A DNA stretch of 64,000 bases from Pelosinus propionicus DSM 13327 (GTDB taxonomy: Bacteria; Bacillota; Negativicutes; DSM-13327), in the NCBI RefSeq assembly GCF_900114615.1, contig NZ_FOTS01000012.1, forward strand, positions 1 to 64,000, in the 5' to 3' direction. The translations under genes were made by a program, and so were the position numbers. Under the pieces are notes generated by a model. It searched no databases and was not told the origin of the DNA. It worked only from the letters and a program-made list of their open reading frames with translations. Positions within the stretch are counted from its first letter, which is position 1. Each line of letters begins with the position of its first letter. This document shows positions 28,660 through 45,599 of this stretch, in pieces.

Positions 28660-29694
28660 ATGAGCAGCGTAGGTTATAAAATTATCAAAACAGTTATTTT
28701 TGTATCAGTTTTTATTATCTTGATTGGCTGCAATTATGATCATCAATCTGCTGTTAATGCAGTCGCAAAAGAACCAACGAAAGTATCAGCATGGTTAGCC
28801 TATTGGGATTTAAATGCAGGGGAAAAGGATATGAAAAAGCTAGGAAAAAAGCTAGAGAAACTTTCTTATTTTGGCGCATATTTTGATAGCAATGATCGGC
28901 TTTTTATCCCTCAAGATCTTAGTGATAAAAGAAGTGAATTACAGAAGAAAAAAGGAAACTATGAAACGTACCTTACTTTTGTCAATGATAAGCAAAATTT
29001 TGATGGCTCGACTGTGATGAAAGATACAGAAGTTCTTCGCAGGTTATTTTCTGATGATGCGTCCGTGGAAAAACATATTGATGAAATTATTGCACTGACG
29101 CTGCGGGGCGGATATGAAGGTATTGAAATTGATTATGAAAAAATATGGAAAGACGAAACCATAGGACAGTCTTTTTTGCACTTTACAAATAAGCTGTACG
29201 CAAAATCTCAGAAAAATAACTTAAAGCTAAGGGTTGTTTTGGAACCGAGTACACCATTTTCTTCAGTTAATTTTATCAAAGGACCAGAATATGTAGTCAT
29301 GCTCTATAATCTTTATGGATTGCATAGTACTCCTGGACCTAAAGCCAATAAGGAATTTATTCAAAAAACAATAGCGCGAATGGAAGCTTTACCGGGAGAA
29401 AAATCGGTAGCATTTTCAACTGGCGGATGTTTATGGGGCGAAAACGGTGAAAAAAAGTTTTTGACAGAAATAGAGGCAAAAACGCTTGCTGCGATATATG
29501 ATTGTGAAACCAGAAGAGATGAAGAAAGCCAATGTATTGTTTTTGATTACAAAAGCAAGGGTGTGACCTATCAAGTCTGGTATGCAGATGTGAAAACGTT
29601 AAATTACTGGATAACGATTGCGAAAGAGCAAGGTGTAAATCACATTAGCCTATGGCGTCTTGGCGAGAATGTGGATATTGACAAAATAAAATAA
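28660..29694 (+). CDS. Lipoprotein, GH18-like TIM-barrel glycosyl hydrolase (candidate exopolysaccharide hydrolase)
   Basis: Lipobox LIGC. VSAWLAYWD and GYEGIEIDYE match the GH18 beta-strand 1 and the DxxDxDxE block (catalytic Glu retained). Confidence 0.45.
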   Translation: MSSVGYKIIKTVIFVSVFIILIGCNYDHQSAVNAVAKEPTKVSAWLAYWDLNAGEKDMKKLGKKLEKLSYFGAYFDSNDRLFIPQDLSDKRSELQKKKGNYETYLTFVNDKQNFDGSTVMKDTEVLRRLFSDDASVEKHIDEIIALTLRGGYEGIEIDYEKIWKDETIGQSFLHFTNKLYAKSQKNNLKLRVVLEPSTPFSSVNFIKGPEYVVMLYNLYGLHSTPGPKANKEFIQKTIARMEALPGEKSVAFSTGGCLWGENGEKKFLTEIEAKTLAAIYDCETRRDEESQCIVFDYKSKGVTYQVWYADVKTLNYWITIAKEQGVNHISLWRLGENVDIDKIK

Positions 29695-29704
29695 CTTACA
29701 AAAA

Positions 29705-29745
29705 AAGAACCCCTCTGTTTGAGTGGTTCTTTTTTCGCTTTAATA
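29705..29745. terminator. Hairpin plus T-run after the EPS operon
   Basis: AGAACCCCTCTGTTTGAGTGGTTCTTTTTT. Confidence 0.45.
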
Positions 29746-29800
29746 GAAGTACTAGATGACTATGTAGTAGAACCATTGCTAAAATGGGTGGCTGAGACTA

Positions 29801-29908
29801 TTAGTAGCATGCTGATGAGTCATCTCCACAAAAGGCAAATAATAGGATGATAATGATAATAATCACGGACCAGTTGTTGCCACCATGTCTACCGCATCCA
29901 AACCCCAT
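29801..29908 (-). CDS. Small (35 aa) Gly/Cys-rich hydrophobic protein resembling YjcZ-type sporulation proteins; absent from ORF track
   Basis: GGAGGT RBS 5 nt before ATG (29908). Translation MGFGCGRHGGNNWSVIIIIIILLFAFCGDDSSACY. An upstream AC-N17-CATACTATA motif (29949-29976) follows the sigma-K pattern. Confidence 0.4.
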   Translation of the reverse strand: MGFGCGRHGGNNWSVIIIIIILLFAFCGDDSSACY

Positions 29909-30000
29909 AGCGAGACCTCCTTTTAGAGCGAGTTACTATTTATATTGCTATAGTATGATGCAGGTAATAATTTCGTAGATTGTCTTTTTAGAATAAGTGA

Positions 30001-31077
30001 TTAAGAATTGAATAATTTTTTGAAATACTCTTTATTATAGAGTACGCTAGGATGATTAGGAACATATGATTCTGCCTTCTTATTATGTTCTAATGCTAAA
30101 CTGTTTTCGCCAAGTTTGGAATAGCAGACACATAATTGGAGGTGAGGGAGCCAAGTTGAACATGCGTAGTTTTTTAGAGAAGAATGATCATTTGACTCTT
30201 TGAGATCAAGTGCTAGATTATACCAAAATATGGAATTTGAATATTTTTGGGTATTGAGAAAATGGTAGCCAAGTCGGCAGCAGAAATCAGGTCGTGGCGT
30301 ATCATATTCAAAAGACTTATAGATATATTTTAATTTTTGTTGCTCATCACCAATATGACTGAAGCAATCGGCAAGTTTGCCACAGGCAGAAATATTATCT
30401 TCGATCCAGCCCAATTGAGTATTCAGAAAATCTTGGTAATATTGGGCTGCTTTTTCATACATTTGATGATCTACCAATTCATTCCCGTAATAAAAAAGAT
30501 CTCTAGGTGAGAATACTTCGCCATTTGCTAATCGATTCTCATAGATTTTTAAATTACGATCAGCAGTATCACATCTTTCTTTCTTGTGTGTCACAGTGAT
30601 CTCAGAATTGATAACTTTGCCATTTATGGCTAGATATTCATGTACAGCTCCGATCCATTGGAAATTTCGTGTTCTCTTGACTAATCTATTTCTTCGCAAA
30701 CTAGAGACGATATTGCCATTTTCATCAGAGGCTAAGTTATAATTCATTGTCACGGAATCTACGGCTAAATCCAAATCATGCTTTAAAAGTAAAAGCTTTT
30801 GTAAATCATTTTCAAGAAGGACATCGTCGGCATCCAGCCACATAATATAATCCTGTGTGGCATGGCTGAAAGCAAAGTTGCGCGCTGCGCCAAAGTTGTC
30901 AATCCATACAAAGTCGTATACCTTATCGGTATATTGCAATGCAATTTTTTTAGTTGAATCAGTAGATCCTGTATCTACAATAATGATTTCATCCAATCCA
31001 GGTTTGACTGATTCAAGGCAGCGAGCTAAGGTTTCTTCTTCATTTTTCACAATAAGGCATAAGCTGATAGTAATCAA
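30001..31077 (-). CDS. Family-2 glycosyltransferase with C-terminal TPR repeats (SpsA-like); candidate glycosyltransferase for the adjacent collagen-like proteins
   Basis: LCLIVKNEEETLARCLESV...IIIVDTGSTDST and DADD; TPR-like C-terminal half. Confidence 0.7.
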   Translation of the reverse strand: MITISLCLIVKNEEETLARCLESVKPGLDEIIIVDTGSTDSTKKIALQYTDKVYDFVWIDNFGAARNFAFSHATQDYIMWLDADDVLLENDLQKLLLLKHDLDLAVDSVTMNYNLASDENGNIVSSLRRNRLVKRTRNFQWIGAVHEYLAINGKVINSEITVTHKKERCDTADRNLKIYENRLANGEVFSPRDLFYYGNELVDHQMYEKAAQYYQDFLNTQLGWIEDNISACGKLADCFSHIGDEQQKLKYIYKSFEYDTPRPDFCCRLGYHFLNTQKYSNSIFWYNLALDLKESNDHSSLKNYACSTWLPHLQLCVCYSKLGENSLALEHNKKAESYVPNHPSVLYNKEYFKKLFNS

Positions 31078-31108
31078 AAGTTATCACCTTCTCACATTTA
31101 ATAGATTA

Positions 31109-31143
31109 GAACATTGACAGAGTAACATTCTCTGTCAATGTTC
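31109..31143. repeat. Perfect 14-bp inverted repeat GAACATTGACAGAG-N7-CTCTGTCAATGTTC between collagen gene 1 and the GT2-TPR gene
   Basis: Read from the sequence. No U-run follows on the coding strand, so it is a hairpin, operator or processing site rather than a simple terminator. Confidence 0.5.
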
Positions 31144-31192
31144 TTAAGTTGATTATGGCTAATAAATTCCTTTATAAAGTGTATGTCATCTT

Positions 31193-33052
<1,860 letters not shown>

Positions 33053-33064
33053 CTAACCAATGTT

Positions 33065-33103
33065 ATAATATGATAAGTGCAGTAGATATGTGATTATGTT
33101 AAT
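33065..33103 (-). promoter_or_regulatory. Sigma-K-type promoter ATTAACATAATCAC-N17-CATATTATA for collagen gene 1
   Basis: On the coding strand this matches the AC-N17-CATANNNTA mother-cell consensus. The same 14-nt upstream motif and exact 17-nt spacer recur upstream of copies 2 and 3. Confidence 0.45.
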
Positions 33104-33179
33104 GATATAAAATATTGAGTCAATTGTATTCCATAGGAATTAGTGCTTTTATATAAAAGAAATGTTGAAACAAAGCTGT

Positions 33180-34856
<1,677 letters not shown>

Positions 34857-34930
34857 TAGTGAAAATTGCATAGAGAAAGCAGGCCTACGACCAAAATCGA
34901 GGCCTGCCTTGTTATGACATGCAATTGACC

Positions 34931-36924
<1,994 letters not shown>

Positions 36925-37137
36925 AAGAATTGTTTCATTTAAACTAACTATTCAATTTTTAATCTGAATGATATCACGATAGATTAAGTTAGATTGTATG
37001 CTATATTGAAAGCAACAATAACGAGTATGTTAATGAAATATGATGAAAGACATCAAATATAGATAGAGGAATGGAAGAATGCGCCGTTTTCCATTCCTCT
37101 ATCTTGTAGTGATATTGTAAGGCAGTTTTATAATTTT

Positions 37138-39240
<2,103 letters not shown>

Positions 39241-39491
39241 TTAAGAGTGTCTATTTAAGCAAATCATTAATTATATCGCCAGAGGATAATCAGTCTGCAG
39301 CTATTTTAAAGTAGTCTGTTTAAATTGGAATCGTAATAGAATAAGTGGAGTAAGACCTAATAAAAACAGGTAAAACTTTTGACAAACATAAAAAAGAAAA
39401 GTACAATAAATAAATGCTTGTGAGCGTTTGAGTTTCATGGAATACGACTTATTATTTTGTAGTAAATTATGAAGAAGTGAGGTTGAGAAAT

Positions 39492-39905
39492 ATGATTACA
39501 GTTCGAGAAAAGGTTCGCTTTGTCGAGACGGATATGATGGCTGTGGTACACCATGCCAATTATTTTCGCTGGTTTGAAATGGGGCGTGTAGAATACTTAA
39601 GGCAAGCAGGCATCTCGTTGCTTAAAATGATGGATGATGACATTGTTTTTCCAATTACCAGTGTGGACTGCCAATATCGCTCTTCTGCAAAATTTGATGA
39701 TATTATTCTCATAGAAACATCAATGACAGAAGTAACACCTGTAAAGATGATTTTTACTTATAAAGTGGTTCGTGAGGCTGATGGAGTGTTATTAGCGACA
39801 GGTAATACTCAAAATTTGTTTACCAATAAGCAGGGGAAAATTATCCGTTTGCCCAGTACATATTTTAATAAACTAAAAGAGTATTTTGAAAATGCAGGAC
39901 AGTGA
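39492..39905 (+). CDS. Hotdog-fold acyl-CoA thioesterase (4HBT/YbgC family)
   Basis: VRFVETDMMAVVHHANYFRWFEMGRVEYLR. Confidence 0.7.
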   Translation: MITVREKVRFVETDMMAVVHHANYFRWFEMGRVEYLRQAGISLLKMMDDDIVFPITSVDCQYRSSAKFDDIILIETSMTEVTPVKMIFTYKVVREADGVLLATGNTQNLFTNKQGKIIRLPSTYFNKLKEYFENAGQ

Positions 39906-39959
39906 ATGCATATAAGAAAATAGATTTAGATAGAATATTTTGTTAGGAGGTGCAGTCAC

Positions 39960-40757
39960 GTGAATGATAATGCACCAATTGGCATTTTTGATTCGGGAAT
40001 TGGCGGACTTACTGTAGTGAAAGAAATGATGGATATGATGCCAAGGGAGAATTTGATTTATTTTGGAGATACAGCACGAACTCCTTATGGATCTCGTCCA
40101 GAAGCGGAAATTCTTGAATTTATGCAGCAAATATTAGCTTTTTTTGCAGCGCAGAAGGTCAAAATGGCAGTAGTTGCTTGTAACACCATGACTGCCCTGG
40201 GATTAGAATGGATGAAAACTCAATATTCATTTCCTTTAGTTGGTGTGAACACTGGAGTGGAGTTAGCATTTGCTGCTGGCAAATGTAAAAAGGCAGGAAT
40301 CCTTGCTACACAAGCTACGATTGCTAGTGGAAGTCATAGTCGGGCAATTCGCAGTAAAGATACAACAGTACTCGTTTATCCTCAGGCATGTCCTAAATTG
40401 GTACCATTGATAGAGCGTGAGCAGGTGCAAGGAATAGAGATCGAACAGGCAACTGCTGAGTATGTGCTGCCTATGAAAAAGCTGGCAGTAAATGTCATTA
40501 TTTTAGGCTGTACTCATTATCCGTTTATAAGTTCGGTGATACAAAAAATCGCAGGTAAGGAAATTGAGATTATCGATCCGGCAAAAGAGACTGCAAAAGA
40601 GGCGCAGAAGATACTCTTTCAGAAGGGCCAAGTATCTGAAGAATGTGAAGGAAAAGTTCGCTTGTGTTTTTCTGCAGATGTGGAAAGAGCAAAAAGAATG
40701 GCAGAGATCATGTTTAATACTGAAAAAATAAATTTTGAATTAGTAACGTTAGAGTGA
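39960..40757 (+). CDS. murI: Glutamate racemase
   Basis: IGIFDSGIGGLTV and the second Cys-motif region GCTHYP. Confidence 0.85.
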   Translation: MNDNAPIGIFDSGIGGLTVVKEMMDMMPRENLIYFGDTARTPYGSRPEAEILEFMQQILAFFAAQKVKMAVVACNTMTALGLEWMKTQYSFPLVGVNTGVELAFAAGKCKKAGILATQATIASGSHSRAIRSKDTTVLVYPQACPKLVPLIEREQVQGIEIEQATAEYVLPMKKLAVNVIILGCTHYPFISSVIQKIAGKEIEIIDPAKETAKEAQKILFQKGQVSEECEGKVRLCFSADVERAKRMAEIMFNTEKINFELVTLE

Positions 40758-40837
40758 TTTGTTCCTGTGTGATGCACTTTTGAGGAAAATTTGGTATACT
40801 AGTTAAGGAAAAAACTTCTAGAGATGGGGGCCTTGGT

Positions 40838-41395
40838 GTGGAAATCTTGGTGACGATAGTAATAGTAGCTATAATTATGGCAGTAGCTGTGTGGTTGTTT
40901 ATTGCCAAACAAGGTGATGCCGACTTTGAATTTATGGTGAATGAGCGAACGGAATTTATAGTAATTGCAGAAACCGAAAAAACAGCTACTTTTTCTTGTG
41001 AAGTAGCATTTGTCAATAAGGGTTCACAGGATGGTACGATAATGGATGCTTTTCCTCGTCATTTGCTGCCTTATGAGCAATTTGATGAGGTTGAGGTAAA
41101 TTCTCGAATGGAGCTTGCTACAGCACTCCGAACCGATAATTATTTTGAAGCGGTGATTATTCCTAAAGGAACGGGTGGAACCGTTATTGTTACGGTTACA
41201 TTTACAGCAAAGACAGGCAATATAAAAGATGCTTTACAAAATTTATATGACTTGTCAGTAGATATGCCAATTGATATTGTGTATCAGATTGTGGCTCGTA
41301 CCCCGTGGTATATTCACAAAGCGCGTATGATTATGACTTGCGATGAAATCAATAGGGCTATGCAGGCAAAAGGTACTGCGAAAAGGGAGGACTAG
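40838..41395 (+). CDS. Hypothetical N-terminally membrane-anchored protein, first gene of a coupled operon
   Basis: TM ILVTIVIVAIIMAVAVWLFIA; no recognisable motif. The stop is 3 nt before the next start. Confidence 0.4.
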   Translation: MEILVTIVIVAIIMAVAVWLFIAKQGDADFEFMVNERTEFIVIAETEKTATFSCEVAFVNKGSQDGTIMDAFPRHLLPYEQFDEVEVNSRMELATALRTDNYFEAVIIPKGTGGTVIVTVTFTAKTGNIKDALQNLYDLSVDMPIDIVYQIVARTPWYIHKARMIMTCDEINRAMQAKGTAKRED

Positions 41396-41397
41396 TA

Positions 41398-42075
41398 ATG
41401 GCAGAACTTGAACTCAAACCAGTAGGTACGCGTATTTTAACAGATAAAGATAATATTGTAGATATGATCGAAAAGTATGCCAAAGAGGATATTGGTCCAG
41501 ATGATGTAGTATCGGTAGCTGAGAGTGTCGTTGCGATTACCCAGGGACGTGTGGCAAGGCCTGAAGATTTTAAAGTATGTTTTTTGGCGAAGATATTATG
41601 CCGCTTTGTACCTCAAAAGGGGAGTTTATCTAGTGTCTACGGCATGCAGTCTTTAATGGATGCTGAAGGGAAATGGCGTGTTTTATTTGCTATGATAATC
41701 GGTATGTTTGCTAAAATTGTTGGGAAGAATGGTGTGTTTTATGAGTTAGCAGGTTCGCATGCTGCTCTGGTTGATGATGTGACAGGTACGATGCCGCCTT
41801 TTGATAAATGTTTGGTATACGGGCCTTTGGAGGCAAATAGGGTAGCAGAAGAAATAAAACGACGATTGGGCTGCTATGGTGCAGCTGTAGCAGATGTAAA
41901 TGATTTAAAGCGAGCATTAGTAGTAGGTGCTTCAACAGGTCTTGATCCTAAGAAGTTAGCACATATTTTAATTGATAATCCTTTTGGTAATGCTTCTCAG
42001 CGGACACCAATCGTTATTATTAAAAATTATGCAGCAGTAGAGAGAAGGACAGAAAATCTTCTTTCTATGGAGTAA
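41398..42075 (+). CDS. CofE-like (F420-0:gamma-glutamyl ligase family) amide-ligase homologue
   Basis: DDVVSVAESVVAITQGR...DVTGT...VGASTGLD resembles the CofE fold motifs. No F420 pathway is evident in the window. Confidence 0.45.
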   Translation: MAELELKPVGTRILTDKDNIVDMIEKYAKEDIGPDDVVSVAESVVAITQGRVARPEDFKVCFLAKILCRFVPQKGSLSSVYGMQSLMDAEGKWRVLFAMIIGMFAKIVGKNGVFYELAGSHAALVDDVTGTMPPFDKCLVYGPLEANRVAEEIKRRLGCYGAAVADVNDLKRALVVGASTGLDPKKLAHILIDNPFGNASQRTPIVIIKNYAAVERRTENLLSME

Positions 42076-42180
42076 TTGATTAGCAAAGAGGATAGAATAC
42101 AGCTATCCTCTTTATTATTTTTGCTGTAAAATTAACTAATGAGTCTGCAAATTATGCAATTTATGTTTTGGAGGAATGAC

Positions 42181-43158
42181 ATGGCTAGTATTGGTATTAC
42201 TACAACCGTACCTGTGGAGATTATTTTAGCAGCCGGTAATGTACCAGTAGATTTAAATAATGTATTTATTACTGATAAAGAGGCCAATCGATTAGTAGAA
42301 GGAGCCGAAGATGCAGGTTACCCGCGGAATATATGCGGCTGGATTAAAGGCTTATATTCTGTAGTCGTAGAGAGGGGGAATATCGATACGGTACTTGCAG
42401 TTACCCAAGGAGACTGCAGTAATACGCATGCCTTAATGGAAACCTTGCAATTGGTAGGTGTAGAGACCATTCCCTTTGCATATCCTTTTGATCGGGATTA
42501 TGATCTTTTGAAATTGCAGATGGATAAATTAATTGCAGCTTTAAAGACAGATTGGAATCAGGTTATGGCTGTAAAAAAACGTTTAGATGGGGTCAGAAGT
42601 AAAATTGCTGAAATGGATCGCCTTACCTGGCAGGAAAATTTGGTTAGCGGCTGGGATAACCACTTATTCCAAGTGAGCTGCAGTGATTTTAATGGGAATG
42701 TGGACGAATTTGAGCAGGATATTGATCAGTTTCTACTAAAAACAAAATCTGCAAATGAATTTACAGAAGATATCCGTTTGGGATATATTGGTGTTCCGCC
42801 TATTTTTAATGATTTATATGATCATTTTGAAAAAATGGGAGCGCGGATTGTCTTCAATGAAGTGCAGCGGCAGTTCGCCATGCCTTATCAAGTTGAGGAT
42901 TTAGTAGAACAATATAGACTATATACCTATCCTTATGGTGTATTCCAGAGAATTGAAGATATTAAGGGAGAAATTGAAAAACGTAATTTGGATGGTATTG
43001 TGCATTATGTCCAAAGCTTCTGCTTCAGGCAGATTGAAGATATGATCTTTAGGGAAAAATTAGATATTCCTATACTAACCATCGAAGGAGATAAGCCGGG
43101 TAAGCTGGATGCGAGAACGAAACTTCGAATCGATAGTTTTTTGGAAATGCTGCGATGA
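42181..43158 (+). CDS. 2-hydroxyacyl-CoA dehydratase D-component-like (HgdB/YjiM-type) protein
   Basis: ATG 42181 after a GGAGG RBS. N-terminal region matches the HGD-D family with conserved Cys (GDCSNTH). Confidence 0.5.
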   Translation: MASIGITTTVPVEIILAAGNVPVDLNNVFITDKEANRLVEGAEDAGYPRNICGWIKGLYSVVVERGNIDTVLAVTQGDCSNTHALMETLQLVGVETIPFAYPFDRDYDLLKLQMDKLIAALKTDWNQVMAVKKRLDGVRSKIAEMDRLTWQENLVSGWDNHLFQVSCSDFNGNVDEFEQDIDQFLLKTKSANEFTEDIRLGYIGVPPIFNDLYDHFEKMGARIVFNEVQRQFAMPYQVEDLVEQYRLYTYPYGVFQRIEDIKGEIEKRNLDGIVHYVQSFCFRQIEDMIFREKLDIPILTIEGDKPGKLDARTKLRIDSFLEMLR

Positions 43159-43168
43159 GGTGAAAGAT

Positions 43169-43933
43169 ATGTTTTGTGGTATCGATTTAGGCAGTCGTAG
43201 TGTAAAGTTAGTTGTAATGGATCAAGACGGTGTCAATCATTCTGAAATTTTTGAAACGGTGCAGTTTTATCGAAACTATGGACAGCCTGGGGAAAATGGA
43301 TTAGTTGTTAACTTTGCCTCTGTGGGGGTAGGGGAATTTGACAAGGTGGTTGCTACTGGTTATGGGCGCAATACCATCAATATTGTAGGAGCTACTGTTA
43401 TTGCTGAATTAAAAGCACACGTGATAGGAGCTATATGGCAGACGGGACTTACTGATTTTACCTTATTGGATTTGGGTGGGCAGGATAGTAAAGTAATAAA
43501 AGTCCGTAATCGTAAAATGGTGGATTTTGCGACAAATGATAAATGCGCTGCCAGCACAGGACGATATTTAGAAAATATGGCAACGGTTCTCGGGATTAGT
43601 TTAGCAGAGCTTAGCAGTTATAAGGAAAATCCTGTAGAGTTGTCTGCAACTTGTGCTATTTTTGGAGAATCTGAGCTTATTGGACGCATTGTGGAAGGGT
43701 ATAGCGTTCCACAATTGGCAGCTGGCGTTAATTATACGATTTTTAAGAGAATCAAGCCGATGCTTCATTCTCTTGCAAGTGAAGTGATTGTTTTTACAGG
43801 AGGTGTGGCTTTAGGAAAAGCCATTGGACAAACCATATCTTCGGAACTTGGTGTAGAGGTTGTTGTACCCAAATATCCACAACTTAATGGAGCAATCGGT
43901 TGTGGGGTTTATTCCTGGGAAAAGAGGGGATAA
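43169..43933 (+). CDS. BadF/BcrA/HgdC-type ATPase (CoA-substrate-specific enzyme activase)
   Basis: MFCGIDLGSRSVKLVVMD...ATGYGR (ASKHA ATPase with cluster-helix motifs). Confidence 0.7.
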   Translation: MFCGIDLGSRSVKLVVMDQDGVNHSEIFETVQFYRNYGQPGENGLVVNFASVGVGEFDKVVATGYGRNTINIVGATVIAELKAHVIGAIWQTGLTDFTLLDLGGQDSKVIKVRNRKMVDFATNDKCAASTGRYLENMATVLGISLAELSSYKENPVELSATCAIFGESELIGRIVEGYSVPQLAAGVNYTIFKRIKPMLHSLASEVIVFTGGVALGKAIGQTISSELGVEVVVPKYPQLNGAIGCGVYSWEKRG

Positions 43934-43934
43934 T

Positions 43935-45599
43935 ATGTTCTTAGGGCTTGATGTAGGTGGAACATTTACGGATGGTGTGGTAGTAGCAGATGGGAAGATA
44001 GTCAGTATGGTTAAAGCTCCTACTACTAATGAAAATCTATTGCGATGTATATTGACAGTAGTAGATAAAATGGTGGAGGATATTGGTAGTAAGGCGTTTG
44101 AACGGATTGTATTATCCACAACAATTGTAACCAATGCGATAGTGGAAGGAAAGATTGACCAGGTTGCCTTATGTATTATGCCAGGACCAGGGATGAACAT
44201 AGCTGATATTCTACCAGTTGAGCCTTATATCTTATCTGGTTATATTGACCATCGTGGCCGAGAAATGGCTCAGCCGAGCAAAGAAGAAGTGCTGAGTGCT
44301 TGTCGCCATTTTGCTTCTTGTGATGTATTTGTTGTTTCTGGCAAATTTGCTGTTCGTAATCCTAATTTTGAGTCCGCAGTAGCGGATTGGATACAAGAAA
44401 AAGTTAGCCCTATGCATATAAGCAGAGGAGGAAAGGTTTCAGGAACACTCAATTTTTTAAGACGTACTAACTCAGCCTATTATAATGCAGCGGTATGGCG
44501 GCGCTTTAATGCTTTTGCTACGGCAGTAGAGGAAGCATTAACGATTCGTGGGGTTTACAGTCCTGTTTTTGTGTTAAAAGCTGACGGAGGCACACTACCT
44601 TTATCAGTAGCCAGAAACTGTCCTATAGAGGCTATTTTTACTGGACCCGCTGCCAGTACCATCGGTGTTATGGGTATGAATGGGGATGCTGCCGTTTCTG
44701 GAATTTCTCTTGATATTGGGGGTACTACTACCGATATTGCATTGTGGCAAAAGGGAAGACCTGCTTTAGCAAAAGAAGGGGCAGCTGTTGCTGGACATAG
44801 AACTGGAGTTCAAGGATTTCGCCTTAAGTCTGCCGGAATCGGCGGTGATAGTTTGGTCTTCTGGGAGAATCATGTATTGAAAGTAGGACCAATGCGTCAT
44901 GGCCCTGCTATGGCGGCAGGAGGTCCTAAGCCAACTGTGACTGATGCTATGGTAGCGGCGGGGTTCATTGATTTTGGCGATCGTGCCTTAGCAGTAAAGG
45001 CAATGAAACAGCTTGCTTTACAAGGACAAAGCCCAGAAGAGATGGCGAGTCAAGTAGTAGATAAGGCAGTGAATGATATTTGTCAGGCGATAGCAGATTT
45101 GTTAGATGAGCAAGCTGCTGAACCTTTATATCATGTAGAAGAAATTGTTTATGAAAGAAAATTCGTCTTAGAAACTATAATTGGTGTAGGTGGCGGAGCG
45201 GCTGGTCTTGTACCTCTGATTGCTAAAAAGCTGGGAATTAGCTATACACTTCCTGAGAATGGGAAGGTTGCTAATGCCTTTGGTGCGGCGGTAGCAAGGC
45301 CAACTATTGCTATTACTCTTCGTGCTGATACCGCAGAAGGATATTATACCGTTCCAGAATTAGGGATCAAAAATAGACTGCCTCGAGGGAATTCTTCCTT
45401 ACAAAATATGTATGAGTTAGCAGAAAAACATTTGGCAGAATTAGCCCAGAGAAATAGTATTTTTGCTGGTGAAACGCAAATCGTACAATCAGAGGAATTT
45501 AATATGGTTCGTGGTTTTACTTCAGTGGGAAAAATTATGACCTGCCGCTTGCAGATAAAACCTGGCGTGCTGCAGTATGGTGAGGAGGAGTTATGTTGA
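43935..45599 (+). CDS. Hydantoinase/oxoprolinase-A-like (ATP-dependent, acetone-carboxylase superfamily) protein
   Basis: MFLGLDVGGTFTDGVV N-terminus typical of the HyuA family. 555 aa from the ATG at 43935 (RBS AAAGAGGGGA). Confidence 0.6.
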   Translation: MFLGLDVGGTFTDGVVVADGKIVSMVKAPTTNENLLRCILTVVDKMVEDIGSKAFERIVLSTTIVTNAIVEGKIDQVALCIMPGPGMNIADILPVEPYILSGYIDHRGREMAQPSKEEVLSACRHFASCDVFVVSGKFAVRNPNFESAVADWIQEKVSPMHISRGGKVSGTLNFLRRTNSAYYNAAVWRRFNAFATAVEEALTIRGVYSPVFVLKADGGTLPLSVARNCPIEAIFTGPAASTIGVMGMNGDAAVSGISLDIGGTTTDIALWQKGRPALAKEGAAVAGHRTGVQGFRLKSAGIGGDSLVFWENHVLKVGPMRHGPAMAAGGPKPTVTDAMVAAGFIDFGDRALAVKAMKQLALQGQSPEEMASQVVDKAVNDICQAIADLLDEQAAEPLYHVEEIVYERKFVLETIIGVGGGAAGLVPLIAKKLGISYTLPENGKVANAFGAAVARPTIAITLRADTAEGYYTVPELGIKNRLPRGNSSLQNMYELAEKHLAELAQRNSIFAGETQIVQSEEFNMVRGFTSVGKIMTCRLQIKPGVLQYGEEELC

